In this document: positions 43,455-53,139 of the stretch, in pieces
How the letters are laid out: each line of letters starts with the position of its first letter
Position numbering within the stretch: the stretch's first letter is position 1
Origin: Anaerolineales bacterium
GTDB lineage: Bacteria > Chloroflexota > Anaerolineae > Anaerolineales > Villigracilaceae
Reading direction: 5' to 3'
DNA length: 64,000 nt
Assembly: GCA_034434535.1 (NCBI GenBank)
Contig: DAOTZC010000012.1
Span: 510,128 to 574,127 of the forward strand
Translations under genes and position numbers: made by a program
Notes under the pieces: model-generated
The model's database searches: none
Told to the model about the DNA's origin: nothing
The model's input: only the letters and a program-made list of their open reading frames with translations

Positions 43455-43706
43455 ATGCGCGTGCGCGTCAAACTGATTGCCAACTATATGAAATTGTTAC
43501 CGCCCGGTACGAAGGGTAACACGACGGAATTGGATGCTCCGCCTGGCGCGTCGATTGGGGATTTGCTGGGGCCGATGGGCGTTCCGCTGGATGATACGAC
43601 CGTTTTGCTGTTGAATGGCTACCAGGCTGAAGCAGATGCGCTGCTGGCGGAGGGCGATATTGTGACGGCGTTTTCGGCGATTGCGGGAGGGGGAGCGGAT
43701 GGATGA
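43455..43706 (+). CDS. MoaD/ThiS-family ubiquitin-fold protein with extension beyond the GG motif
   Basis: 83 aa from ATG 43455. The beta-grasp-like pattern ends ...DIVTAFSAIAGGGADG. Lies directly upstream of aor. Confidence 0.55.
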   Translation: MRVRVKLIANYMKLLPPGTKGNTTELDAPPGASIGDLLGPMGVPLDDTTVLLLNGYQAEADALLAEGDIVTAFSAIAGGGADG

Positions 43707-43808
43707 ATGGATGTTTTATCGGATAAACGCATTTCTGGATAGCCAGATACCCAGAACCGGTTGACTGGATAACCGGCAACCCAAATCATTAACACGAAGG
43801 AGATGAAT

Positions 43809-45629
43809 ATGTACGGCTGGCACGGACGACTTTTGCGCGTGGATTTGACCAACCAGAAAGTTTCCATCGAAAATATTTCCCCAAAAGTTCTAAAAGACTA
43901 TATTGGCGGGCGCGGGCTGGCGATTCGTTACCTGTATGATGAGGTTGACCCGCAAGTCGACCCTTTCGCGCCGGAGAATAAACTCATCTTCACGACCGGC
44001 CCATTAACGGCCACCACTGCTCCGACCGGCAACCGCTATATGGTCGTTACAAAATCTCCGTTGACGGGGGCGCTCGCGCATTCGAACTCGGGTGGTGATT
44101 TCCCGACCTGGATGAAGCGCACCGGTTTCGATATGTACATTTTCGAGGGTAAGGCCAAAAGCCCCGTTTATGTTTGGGTCAACGAGGACGAGGTGGAAAT
44201 TCGCCCGGCAGAGCATTTGTGGGGGAAAGAAGTGCCAGAAACGACCGATGCTCTGTTAGCAGAGACCATGCCCGAGGCGAAAGTCGCCTGCATTGGCCCG
44301 GCAGGCGAGAAACTGGTCCTGATGGCTGGTATTATGAACGATTACCATCGCGCTGCGGCCCGTTCTGGCGTGGGGGCGGTTATGGGCAGTAAGAATCTCA
44401 AGGGTGTGGTGGCGATGGGTAAGAAGAACCCGGCTTTTTATGATGACGCTGGGATGCGTGCCTTGAGCGTGGAGCTCTCGAAAGAAGTTGGCGCGGATGT
44501 TAAGAAAGGCTCGAATCTGCGCATTTATGGTACGGCTTATGTGCCGCAAGTGACCAATGCGCTTGGCATTCTGCCAACCCGAAATTTTCAGACTGGCGTT
44601 TTCGAGGGTACCGACAAAATCGATGGCGTGGCGCTTAAGAATTCGTATCTGATTACTCATAAGCCCTGTTATCGCTGCCCCATTTCGTGTGGGCGGTTGA
44701 CCGAAGTCCCCGAAGGCAAATATGCGGGGAAGGGCGAAGGGCCGGAATACGAAACCATTGCTTCGCTCGGAACGGCCTGTGGTCTCGATAACCTGGCCGG
44801 GTTGCTGAAAGCCAACTATCGCTGCAACGAACTTGGCCTGGATACCATTTCGACCGGCCTGACGATTGCCGCCGCGATGGAGATGTACGAAAAGGGCATT
44901 ATCACTGATGAGCAAACGGGCATGCCGCTGCGCTTTGGAGATGCCGATGCGGTGATTGAGATGGTCAACCGAATAGGGTATCGTCAAGGGTTTGGGGATA
45001 TCCTGGCCCAGGGCAGTTATCGGCTTGGAGAGCGTTATGACCACCCGGAAATGTCTGTTACTGCCCGCAAGCAGGAATTCCCCGGCTATGACCCGCGCGG
45101 CGCGCAGGGTATGGGCTTGCTTTACGCCACTTCGAACAAGGGCGCTTCGCATATGGAGGGCGATGTGGCCTACGAGGAAGTCTTCGGTGTGCCGGTCAAA
45201 GCCGACCCGCTCTCGACTGAGGGCAAGGCCGAACTGGTGGCCCGCTTCCAGGATGCCTTTGCGCTGATTGATTCGGGTGGCGTGTGCGTTTTCTTTGCCA
45301 TTCGCTATGCGTTTACGAAAGAGATGATGGTTTGGCCCAATCGTCTGTCGCAACTGCTCAATCTGACCACTGGCGCGAACTATACGCCTGCCGAAGCCTT
45401 GCAGGCTGCTGAGCGGGTCTACACTTTGGAGCGGATGTTCTTGCTGAAAGCCGGTTCGGGGCCAGAGCAAGATACGCTTTCGCCGCGTCTGCTTAATGAA
45501 CCACTGCCCGAAGGCCCCGCTAAAGGCCGTGTGGTTGATTTGGATAAGATGTTGCCTGAATATTATGCCTATCGCAATTGGCCGGGTGGCATTCCGGCCC
45601 CAGAGAAACTGGCGGCATTAGGTTTGTAA
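43809..45629 (+). CDS. aor: tungsten-type aldehyde:ferredoxin oxidoreductase (AOR family)
   Basis: Canonical N-terminus MYGWHGRLLRVDLT. ATG 43809 lies 6 nt after GGAG, whereas ATG 43803 abuts the RBS. [4Fe-4S] ligands CYRCPISC plus GVCVF. Confidence 0.9.
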   Translation: MYGWHGRLLRVDLTNQKVSIENISPKVLKDYIGGRGLAIRYLYDEVDPQVDPFAPENKLIFTTGPLTATTAPTGNRYMVVTKSPLTGALAHSNSGGDFPTWMKRTGFDMYIFEGKAKSPVYVWVNEDEVEIRPAEHLWGKEVPETTDALLAETMPEAKVACIGPAGEKLVLMAGIMNDYHRAAARSGVGAVMGSKNLKGVVAMGKKNPAFYDDAGMRALSVELSKEVGADVKKGSNLRIYGTAYVPQVTNALGILPTRNFQTGVFEGTDKIDGVALKNSYLITHKPCYRCPISCGRLTEVPEGKYAGKGEGPEYETIASLGTACGLDNLAGLLKANYRCNELGLDTISTGLTIAAAMEMYEKGIITDEQTGMPLRFGDADAVIEMVNRIGYRQGFGDILAQGSYRLGERYDHPEMSVTARKQEFPGYDPRGAQGMGLLYATSNKGASHMEGDVAYEEVFGVPVKADPLSTEGKAELVARFQDAFALIDSGGVCVFFAIRYAFTKEMMVWPNRLSQLLNLTTGANYTPAEALQAAERVYTLERMFLLKAGSGPEQDTLSPRLLNEPLPEGPAKGRVVDLDKMLPEYYAYRNWPGGIPAPEKLAALGL

Positions 45630-45671
45630 AAAACAACATCCCGAAGGCTCGAACCTTCGGGATGTTGTTTT
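45630..45671. terminator. bidirectional rho-independent terminator
   Basis: 17-bp stem AAACAACATCCCGAAGG / CCTTCGGGATGTTGTTT between the convergent aor and livF, with flanking A and T runs. Confidence 0.85.
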
Positions 45672-45696
45672 GTGGTGATTGCGCGTCTCGCGCCGC

Positions 45697-46410
45697 TTAC
45701 TCCACGCCCAAATAGGCATGCTGAACGGTGGGGTTGGCTTTCAGATTCGCAGCGGTATCTGCGATGACGATTTGCCCGGTTTGCAATACATAACCGCGGT
45801 GAGCAATTGAAAGTGCCATGAGCGCGTTTTGTTCCACCAGCAGGATGGTGGTGCCTTTTTCGTTCATTTGTTTGATGATGTCGAAAATCAATTCCACCAG
45901 TAAGGGGGCGAGGCCCATCGAAGGCTCGTCGAGCATGAGAATTTTCGGGTTAAGCATTAGACCGCGCGCGGTGGCGAGCATTTGTTGTTCGCCGCCAGAG
46001 AGCGTGCCGCCTTTCTGGTCGATTCGTTCTTTAAGGCGCGGGAACAACTCAAAGGCATATTCCATGCGGCGTTTCACCTCCGCAGGGTCGTTGATGGTGA
46101 AAGCGCCCATTTCCATATTTTCTTTGACGGTTAACTTGGGGAAAATTCCACGGCCTTCTGGGACGTGTCCTACTCCGGCCTGGACAATTTTATGCGGTTC
46201 CATCTGTGAGATGTCTTTGCCACCGAGCAGAATTTTGCCCTGTTTGGGATGCAAAAGTCCGGAGATGGTGCGCAAAGTGGTCGATTTGCCAGCCCCGTTG
46301 GCGCCAATCAGCGTGACGATTTCACCTTCGTTCACTTCGAACGAGATGCCTTTAAGAGCGTGGATGCGCCCGTAGTAGCTGTGGACGTTTTCTAGGGTGA
46401 GCAGGCTCAT
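45697..46410 (-). CDS. livF: branched-chain amino acid ABC transporter ATP-binding protein (LivF-type), operon 1
   Basis: Walker A GANGAGKST, signature LSGGEQQML, Walker B ILMLDEPS. YLG C-terminus typical of LivF. Confidence 0.85.
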   Translation of the reverse strand: MSLLTLENVHSYYGRIHALKGISFEVNEGEIVTLIGANGAGKSTTLRTISGLLHPKQGKILLGGKDISQMEPHKIVQAGVGHVPEGRGIFPKLTVKENMEMGAFTINDPAEVKRRMEYAFELFPRLKERIDQKGGTLSGGEQQMLATARGLMLNPKILMLDEPSMGLAPLLVELIFDIIKQMNEKGTTILLVEQNALMALSIAHRGYVLQTGQIVIADTAANLKANPTVQHAYLGVE

Positions 46411-47213
46411 TGGACTCTCTCCTCGTGCTGATTGGCAACGGTGCCGCGTCCAAGATAGGCTTCGATGACACGCTGGTTGGAGCGGATTTCGGTGGGCGTG
46501 CCTTCGGCAATCTTTTCGCCGTAGTCCATGACGCTAATGCGCTCGGAGATGTTCATAACCACGCGCATATCATGTTCGATAAGCAATACGGTTACGCCTT
46601 TTTCGTCTCGGATACGGCGGAACAAACGGATTGCGTCTTCTGTTTCCTGGGGATTCATCCCGGCTGTGGGTTCGTCGAGCAACAACAGGAGCGGGTCGGC
46701 GGCCAGGGCGCGGGCGATTTCAACGCGGCGTTGCCCGCCATAGGGCAGGTTTTTGGCCAATTCGTTGCCAACACCCTTAAGACCCACATACCGGAGCAGT
46801 TCCTCGGCTTTCTTTTCAGCTGCGCGCTCCTCGTTTTTGAACGATGGCAGGTTTGCCAGGATTTCGAAGGGATTTTGCTTCAATTGAGTGTGCATCCCAA
46901 CCAGCACGTTTTCGATGACTGACATTTCGCCAAACAGTCGGATATTTTGAAAGGTGCGCGAAATGCCACGCGCGGCAATCTGGTCGGTGCGCAGGCCAAG
47001 CAACGATTTGCCATTGAATTCGATTTGCCCTTCCTCAGGCTTGTAGATGCCGGTCAGGGTATTGAAGAAGGTTGTCTTTCCGGCGCCGTTTGGGCCGATG
47101 ATGCTAACGATTTCCCCTTTTTTCAGGTGAAAGGACATCTTGTTGACGGCGGTCAGGCCGCCAAAGCGTTTGACGACATCCGTCGTGTTGAGCAGTGTCG
47201 AAGAGCTGTGCAT
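46407..47213 (-). CDS. livG: branched-chain amino acid ABC transporter ATP-binding protein (LivG-type), operon 1
   Basis: [33 protein letters not shown]. Has a 4-bp overlap with livF. Confidence 0.85.
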   Translation of the reverse strand: MHSSSTLLNTTDVVKRFGGLTAVNKMSFHLKKGEIVSIIGPNGAGKTTFFNTLTGIYKPEEGQIEFNGKSLLGLRTDQIAARGISRTFQNIRLFGEMSVIENVLVGMHTQLKQNPFEILANLPSFKNEERAAEKKAEELLRYVGLKGVGNELAKNLPYGGQRRVEIARALAADPLLLLLDEPTAGMNPQETEDAIRLFRRIRDEKGVTVLLIEHDMRVVMNISERISVMDYGEKIAEGTPTEIRSNQRVIEAYLGRGTVANQHEERVQ

Positions 47214-47225
47214 AGTGTCCTCGCC

Positions 47226-48581
47226 CTATCCTTCCCGTTTTTCTTCCGATTCATCCAGGGCCAGGTCTCGCTGCCGCCGCCTGGCTGGGATGATACCGCC
47301 GGGCCGGAATATCATCATTACTATCAGGATAATACCAAACAGGAGGCGCTGGTATTTGGCCGGGTCAAGTTGCGTGGAGAGGTCTCTCCAGGCGAAGTTG
47401 ATGATGGGGATGACCGCATCGCTCTGACGCAATTGGCTCAAATAGAGCGAAAACCCTTGTAAGATTTGCAAGTTGAGGATGGTGACGGTGGTTGCGCCAA
47501 GGATGACGCCGGGGATGCTGCCCAGGCCACCCAGAATGACCATGGAAAGCACGCCGATGGATTGCATAAATGAGAAGGATTCGGGGCTTACAAAGGTGCG
47601 GCTGGCGGCCATGAGCGCACCCATGACCCCTGCGAATGAGGCTCCGGCAGCAAAAGCGCCGAGTTTCAGGCTGACGAGCGGCACGCCCATGGCAACGGCG
47701 GCGGTTTCATCTTCGCGAATGGCGGTCCAGGCGCGTCCGATTTTGGAGTCTTCGAGGCGCAGCGTTACCACGATAATTACGAGGATGATGACCAGAGCCA
47801 GGAGGTAAAACATGACATTGTAGAGGGTGGATGTTTCAACCTGGCGTCCTACAATGGGTTGAAATACGGCATTGAAGCTATCCACCACAAATTGTGGTAG
47901 CGTGGGGCGCTGAATGGGGGTTATGCCTTGCGGGCCATTGGTGAAGTTGAGCGGCTTATCGAGGTTATTGGCGAGTTGACGGATGACCTCGCCGAAGCCG
48001 AGCGTTACGATGGCCAGGTAATCTCCTCGCAGGCGCAGGACAGGGGAACCAAGCAGGATGCCGGTCAGGGCGGCCACGATGATGGCAAGGAACATGAACA
48101 GGTAGAAAGCATCACCGGGCAACAAGAAGGGCAAGTCGGGAGGCTGGGTTCCCGGCGCAAAGGGCAGGACATAGTATTGCTGTGAGCCAAAGAATGCCCA
48201 CAGGTAAGCGCCAACTGCGTAAAACGCAACGTACCCCAGGTTAAGCAACCCGGCAAAACCGACTACGATATTCAGGCCAAGCGCTAGCGCAACAAAAACG
48301 CTAATCTGGAAAATGATTTCCAGGTAGAAAATGTTGCGTACTCCAAGGATGGGGATAACGACCAATGCCATGAATATGCCCAGCCCGAGTTTGAAGCGGT
48401 TTTCTGTTTTCAGGGCATACAAAGTTGCGAAAGATGTGAGCAAGAGGAGAAACGCGAGATTGGAGCGCGGACTGAGGTAGACCAGGATGGTGCCCAGGAG
48501 AGCATGTGCTAGGGTGAGGATGTAGGGCCATTTCCCTTGCTGGGTCAATTGTAGCAGTTTGGTCAGTGAGAAGCGGGCCAT
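47226..48581 (-). CDS. livM: branched-chain amino acid ABC transporter permease (LivM-type), operon 1
   Basis: Polytopic. GLNIVVGFAGLLNLGYVAFYAVGAY is typical of LivM. Confidence 0.8.
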   Translation of the reverse strand: MARFSLTKLLQLTQQGKWPYILTLAHALLGTILVYLSPRSNLAFLLLLTSFATLYALKTENRFKLGLGIFMALVVIPILGVRNIFYLEIIFQISVFVALALGLNIVVGFAGLLNLGYVAFYAVGAYLWAFFGSQQYYVLPFAPGTQPPDLPFLLPGDAFYLFMFLAIIVAALTGILLGSPVLRLRGDYLAIVTLGFGEVIRQLANNLDKPLNFTNGPQGITPIQRPTLPQFVVDSFNAVFQPIVGRQVETSTLYNVMFYLLALVIILVIIVVTLRLEDSKIGRAWTAIREDETAAVAMGVPLVSLKLGAFAAGASFAGVMGALMAASRTFVSPESFSFMQSIGVLSMVILGGLGSIPGVILGATTVTILNLQILQGFSLYLSQLRQSDAVIPIINFAWRDLSTQLDPAKYQRLLFGIILIVMMIFRPGGIIPARRRQRDLALDESEEKREG

Positions 48582-48589
48582 GGTTCCTC

Positions 48590-49765
48590 CTAGGCTTTTT
48601 GGGAAACGTTTTCGCCCATTAGGCCTTGCGGGCGGAAAATCAGGACCAGGATGAGAATACCAAACGCAAAAATATCTTTGTATTCTGCGCCTGCCGCGCC
48701 CATCGTGAAGGCGGACAGGTATGAGCCTGCAAAAGTTTCCAGCATCCCAAGCACGATTCCACCTAATAAGGCGCCAGTCAGATTACCAATGCCGCCCATT
48801 ACAGCGGCAGTGAACGCTTTGATGCCCGGGAAGAACCCGACGAAAGGGTCGATGCGGGTAAATTTGGCTGCGTACAATACGCCGGCGGCTCCTCCCAGTG
48901 AACCGCCAATTAAAAAGGTCAGGGATATGATGCGATTGACATCTACGCCCATCAGGCTGGCTGTGGGACGGTCTTGAGCAACCGCCCGAATGGCCTTGCC
49001 AATCTTGGTGGCGTTAACCAGGTAGTTTAAGATGACCAGCATAATTACTGCTGCGAGAATGACAATCAGAGACTTGATGGAAATGCCGAGCATGATGGCA
49101 GTTCCACCCATGTTCATTTCTCCAAAGAGTAATCGCTCGTCAAAATTGCCAAAAGTAGGGAAGATGCGGTTGAACTGGCCGGTGGTCAGGCTTTCTACCA
49201 GGCGAATCATATCCTGAAGAAAGAAGGAAACACCAATGGCCGAAATGAGCGGGACCAGCCGTGCCGCGCCTCGTAACGGGCGGTAGGCGATTCTTTCAAC
49301 TGCCATTGCGAGGCTTCCGGCGGCGACCATCCCGGCTAAAATGGCTAAAACCAGCCACAGGTACGCTGTGCCGAGTGGAGCGGTCCCCAGAATACCCGCT
49401 GTATCCAGTGCAATCAGTATTTCTACGCCCACGAAGGCGCCAACAGCAAAGATTTCACTGTGCGCAAAGTTGATAAATTCCAACACGCCATAGACCATTG
49501 TGTAGCCCAGGGCAATGGCGGCATAAACGAAGCCGATTGTCAGACCGTCAATCAGAACCTGGGGCAGGTTGACCAGGACATAAGTAAACAGGGAAACGTT
49601 GAATCGGGACACAACGCTTTGCCCTGCGGCAGATTTGTCGAGGAGCAGCGCCAGCAGTAAAACGATGATAGAAAGGAAAACCGCGCTCCCAACCGAAAAG
49701 ACCAACATTTGCCCCAGCGGACGCAACAACTCGCGGGTATTGATGGTGCTGAAGAATCGTTTCAT
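48590..49765 (-). CDS. livH: branched-chain amino acid ABC transporter permease (LivH-type), operon 1
   Basis: Start set at ATG 49765 (MKRFFST...). The ORF-track extension to 50068 runs into the binding-protein gene. GLTIGFVYAAIALGYTMVYG is typical of LivH. Confidence 0.8.
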   Translation of the reverse strand: MKRFFSTINTRELLRPLGQMLVFSVGSAVFLSIIVLLLALLLDKSAAGQSVVSRFNVSLFTYVLVNLPQVLIDGLTIGFVYAAIALGYTMVYGVLEFINFAHSEIFAVGAFVGVEILIALDTAGILGTAPLGTAYLWLVLAILAGMVAAGSLAMAVERIAYRPLRGAARLVPLISAIGVSFFLQDMIRLVESLTTGQFNRIFPTFGNFDERLLFGEMNMGGTAIMLGISIKSLIVILAAVIMLVILNYLVNATKIGKAIRAVAQDRPTASLMGVDVNRIISLTFLIGGSLGGAAGVLYAAKFTRIDPFVGFFPGIKAFTAAVMGGIGNLTGALLGGIVLGMLETFAGSYLSAFTMGAAGAEYKDIFAFGILILVLIFRPQGLMGENVSQKA

Positions 49766-49788
49766 AGACCATCCCAAATGTGAAATTT

Positions 49789-49816
49789 CTCCCGGCATCC
49801 CATGAGATGCCGGGAG
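49789..49816 (-). promoter_or_regulatory. intra-operon stem-loop between binding-protein and permease genes
   Basis: 11-bp perfect stem CTCCCGGCATC / GATGCCGGGAG with a 6-nt loop, 20 nt downstream of the binding-protein stop. Confidence 0.5.
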
Positions 49817-49835
49817 TTGTGAGGCGCGAAGGGTT

Positions 49836-51035
49836 TTACGGAGCGGGAGGCGCAATGTCGAGGGTTTCGACAATCGTGTTCTCAGCCCATTTTGCCGGGT
49901 CGGGCGAGACGACCTGGATAATGAAATATTGAGCAGAAACCGGGTCGCCGATGCTGTTGAAGGTGAAATTGCCGGTGATGCCGTTATACCCTTGCAAAGC
50001 GCGGATAGCCTGGGTGACTTCGGCACGGGTAGGCATTTCGCCGTTCTTGGCTTTGGCAGCGTTTTCAATGGCTTTCAAGCAGATGCCCATTGCGTCATAG
50101 CCCTGAGCAGCAAAGGGTTGTGGGTCAGAGCCAAATTTGGCTTTGAAGTCGGTAATAAATTTGGCAGTGCCAGGATAAACGGAAGCCGGGCCGGAAACGG
50201 TGGAATAGAACGTGCCAGCACCTTGCACGAGTGCATCGCCGCCGATTTTGGCTGCGTCAGGGCTGTCGAAGCCGTCGTCGCTCAGGAACATGCCCATGTA
50301 TCCTTTTTCGCGAGCTTGCTTGAAGAGAACAGCCGCCTGAAAAGCCATGCCGCCGAAGTACAAAACATCGGGGTTGGCGGCCAGGATGGGCGAGAGAATG
50401 GCATCGAAGTTGGCTTTTTCTTCGGTTCCTTCAAATCCCAGTACCTGCATTCCCAGTCGTTCTGCTTCTTGCTTAAAGAATTCTGCGATGCCCTGTCCGT
50501 ATGCGGTCTTGTCGTGAACCACAAAGACAGATTTCATGCCTTTGTTGAAGGCAAAGTTTGCGCCGACTACGCCTTGCACGTCGTCACGTCCCACAATGCG
50601 GTTGACTTCGGCATAGCCGCGGGTGGTGACTTTTGGATTGGTGTTAGCAGGAGAAACGTTTGCCAGCCCGGCGTTATGATATTCCTCGGACGATGGAATT
50701 TGCACGCCGGAATTGTAGTGGCCGACTACGCACAAGATGGCCGGGTCTGACACAATTTGCTTGGCATTGGCAACGCCGGTGTCGGGGTTGGCCATGTCAT
50801 CGAAGGGGGCTAGTTCAACCTTGAAGCCCATTTCGGTCAGTGCTCCGCTCATTTGCTCCAGACCGAGTTCGGCGCCGCGTTTGATGTCTACGCCCACGAC
50901 AGACTGGTCGCCAGAGAGGGGAGATTGGGTGGCAATTTTGATGGTTTTGGTCGCTGCACCGCCTCCACCGCAAGCGGTCAACACCATGCTGGCAATGACC
51001 AGTATCGAAACGAGAAACAACATGCGCTTAGACAT
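49836..51035 (-). CDS. Liv-type periplasmic substrate-binding lipoprotein, operon 1
   Basis: ATG 51035 with RBS AGGAGG. Lipobox MVLTA-CGGGG. Type-I PBP fold pattern (IKIATQSPLSG..., VVGHYNSG). Confidence 0.85.
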   Translation of the reverse strand: MSKRMLFLVSILVIASMVLTACGGGGAATKTIKIATQSPLSGDQSVVGVDIKRGAELGLEQMSGALTEMGFKVELAPFDDMANPDTGVANAKQIVSDPAILCVVGHYNSGVQIPSSEEYHNAGLANVSPANTNPKVTTRGYAEVNRIVGRDDVQGVVGANFAFNKGMKSVFVVHDKTAYGQGIAEFFKQEAERLGMQVLGFEGTEEKANFDAILSPILAANPDVLYFGGMAFQAAVLFKQAREKGYMGMFLSDDGFDSPDAAKIGGDALVQGAGTFYSTVSGPASVYPGTAKFITDFKAKFGSDPQPFAAQGYDAMGICLKAIENAAKAKNGEMPTRAEVTQAIRALQGYNGITGNFTFNSIGDPVSAQYFIIQVVSPDPAKWAENTIVETLDIAPPAP

Positions 51036-51099
51036 TCTTCTTCCTCCTGTGAACATGAATGTGAGACGATTTTCGCAGCCCGGCGGGCTACACAGAAGA

Positions 51100-51128
51100 A
51101 TACTACAGTTTTTTAGAACAAAGGTCAA
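51100..51128 (-). promoter_or_regulatory. sigma70-like promoter for Liv operon 1
   Basis: On the minus strand: TTGACC (51123-51128), a 17-nt spacer, then TAGTAT (51100-51105), about 65 nt upstream of ATG 51035. Confidence 0.45.
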
Positions 51129-51184
51129 GTGAATTAAGTAATAATTTTTACTTGTCTGACAATTGTCTTCTTGTTGTTCCTTTT

Positions 51185-51218
51185 ACTTTTCTGCCGCGTC
51201 TTGGCGCGGCAGAAAAGT
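51185..51218. terminator. GC-rich stem-loop separating the two Liv operons
   Basis: 14-bp stem ACTTTTCTGCCGCG / CGCGGCAGAAAAGT, 10 nt downstream of the 51228 stop. There is no clean T-tract outside the stem. Confidence 0.45.
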
Positions 51219-51227
51219 CTTATGCAA

Positions 51228-51581
51228 TCAGGTTCGCAATTGAGCGCGGATGTCTGGCTGGTCAAGCCGTAAGAGCAGGTAGAGCGAGAGTCCCATGCTC
51301 AAGAGTGCAGTAACTGCAAAGGCCGGGTTGGCCACTCCTTTTTCGCTGATGGAATTCGAGAAGAACATCATCAGTTTGGTAATAAAATTTAGGCCTTGCA
51401 GGAATATCATTAAAGTCAGTGCGAGCGGTTTTCCACGTTGCAGGAAATAGCCTGTTGCCAACAAAAGCATCGCCGCCACCAACACGGCCCCAATTCCACT
51501 GATTAGGGTTGAGGGCGGCAGGATAAGGGGCGCCAGGGTTGGCAAGACAAAAAATAGCAAAATGCGGTTGTTGATTTTCAT
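51228..51581 (-). CDS. small 4-TM membrane protein, unknown function
   Basis: 117 aa with four hydrophobic helices. Lies 17 nt downstream of livF (operon 2), so it is probably cotranscribed. Confidence 0.5.
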   Translation of the reverse strand: MKINNRILLFFVLPTLAPLILPPSTLISGIGAVLVAAMLLLATGYFLQRGKPLALTLMIFLQGLNFITKLMMFFSNSISEKGVANPAFAVTALLSMGLSLYLLLRLDQPDIRAQLRT

Positions 51582-51598
51582 CTTGGTCCTCCTGGCTG

Positions 51599-52309
51599 CT
51601 AGTGCCCGCCGAGGTAGGCTTCAATTACACTGGGGTTGTGCAACACTTCTTCGGCATTGCCCTCCAGCGTGATTTGGCCAGTTTCCAGAACGTAGGCACG
51701 GTCGGCAATTGAGAGCGCCATTTGTGCGTTCTGTTCGACTAACAAAACACTGGTTCCCTGCTTGTTAATGTTCTGGATAATTTCGAAGATTTGTTCGACC
51801 AGGATGGGAGAAAGTCCCATGGATGGTTCATCCAGCAACAGCATGGTAGGATGCGACATGAGGGCGCGTGCGATAGCAAGCATCTGTTGCTCACCGCCTG
51901 AGAAGGTACCGCCTAATTGATTTTGGCGTTCGCGCAGTCGTGGAAACAAGGTAAAAACGTTTTCGAGGTCTTGCTTGAATAGTTTTTTGTCTCGTTGAGT
52001 GTATGCACCCATTTCCAGGTTTTCCATCACGGTCAGGGTGGCGAAGATTTTTCGGCCTTCTGGTACTTGTACAATCCCTTTTTGGACGGTTTGCTCGGCG
52101 GGAATCATGGTGATGTCTTCACCGCGAAAGATGACATTTCCTTCGCGTGGCTGCAACAGCCCGGAGATAGTGGAAAGGGTGGTGCTTTTGCCTGCGCCAT
52201 TGGCGCCAATGAGGGCTACAATTTCCCCCTCATTGACATGGAAGTTGATGCCCTTTAAGGCATGGATGGCCCCGTAATAGACATGGAGGTTTTTTACTTC
52301 AAGCATCAT
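51599..52309 (-). CDS. livF: LivF-type ABC ATP-binding protein, operon 2
   Basis: GANGAGKST, FSGGEQQML, LLLLDEPS. By eye, roughly 60% identical to the operon-1 copy. Confidence 0.85.
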   Translation of the reverse strand: MMLEVKNLHVYYGAIHALKGINFHVNEGEIVALIGANGAGKSTTLSTISGLLQPREGNVIFRGEDITMIPAEQTVQKGIVQVPEGRKIFATLTVMENLEMGAYTQRDKKLFKQDLENVFTLFPRLRERQNQLGGTFSGGEQQMLAIARALMSHPTMLLLDEPSMGLSPILVEQIFEIIQNINKQGTSVLLVEQNAQMALSIADRAYVLETGQITLEGNAEEVLHNPSVIEAYLGGH

Positions 52310-53139
52310 TGGGCTTTACTCCGTCGAAACTTTTCAGCGAGTTCGGCTGCGCCTCGTCCCAGGTAGGCCTCGACCACGCGTGGGTTTGACTGAATTTCTC
52401 GCGGTTCGCCGTAAGCGATTTTTTCGCCGAAATCCATCACTGTGATTTTCTCGCATACGCCCATTACCACACGCATCTGGTGTTCAATGAGCAAAATCGT
52501 TAGGCTGAAACGGTCGCGAATGAAATGAATGAGGTCCATGAGCGCAACCGATTCGGCAGGGTTCATCCCGGCTGCGGGTTCGTCGAGGCACAGCAGTTTA
52601 GGGTTGGCTGCCAGGGCGCGGGCAATTTCGAGGCGGCGTTGTTCACCATAGGGCAGGTTGCGGGCAATTTCACCCTGTCGGTCTTCGAGCCGGAAGATGC
52701 TCAGAAAATCTTGCGCTTTTTCGAGCAGTTCTTTTTCCTTGGCCTCGAATTTTCTGCTGCGTAGAATGGCATCCTGCATACTATACCCAGCATGAGAGTG
52801 GTAAGCGATGCAGACGTTTTCAAGCACAGTCAGATTGGGAAATAAACGGATGTTCTGGAAGGTGCGAGCGATGCCCATTTGATTGATAACATGCGGAGCC
52901 AACCCGTTGATTTCTTGCCCATTGAAAGTGATTTTGCCGCTCGTTGGCACATAGACCCCGGTGATGAGGTTGAACACGGTGGTTTTTCCCGCGCCGTTTG
53001 GTCCAATCAGGCCGGCCAGGTCACCCGGGTTGAGTTCCAATTCCATGTTATTCACTGCGCGCAGGCCGCCAAAGTTTTTGCTAAGACCTTCCACCTTGAG
53101 CAATGGCCCAGACACCGAAAGTTGAGTGTTGGCTGTCAT
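52306..53139 (-). CDS. livG: LivG-type ABC ATP-binding protein, operon 2
   Basis: [33 protein letters not shown]. Has 4-bp overlaps on both sides. Confidence 0.85.
   Translation of the reverse strand: MTANTQLSVSGPLLKVEGLSKNFGGLRAVNNMELELNPGDLAGLIGPNGAGKTTVFNLITGVYVPTSGKITFNGQEINGLAPHVINQMGIARTFQNIRLFPNLTVLENVCIAYHSHAGYSMQDAILRSRKFEAKEKELLEKAQDFLSIFRLEDRQGEIARNLPYGEQRRLEIARALAANPKLLCLDEPAAGMNPAESVALMDLIHFIRDRFSLTILLIEHQMRVVMGVCEKITVMDFGEKIAYGEPREIQSNPRVVEAYLGRGAAELAEKFRRSKAQ

Noticed and set aside
44256-45470. 404-aa ORF antisense to aor. Similar antisense ORFs occur at 291-1265, 29257-29988, 37527-38426, 49929-50750, 55658-56479, 61037-61720 and 61889-62575.
   Set aside because: All overlap, on the opposite strand, genes that carry hallmark motifs. 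None shows any motif or a plausible start context.
49766-50068. N-terminal extension of LivH in the ORF track (also extensions at 16958-17101, 22400-22468, 24150-24203, 25363-25425, 41009-41041, 51036-51128 and 54402-54467).
   Set aside because: The extensions run into the preceding gene, are basic or low-complexity, and lack signal or TM logic. Internal ATGs with an RBS and/or ATGA-type coupling give canonical N-termini.
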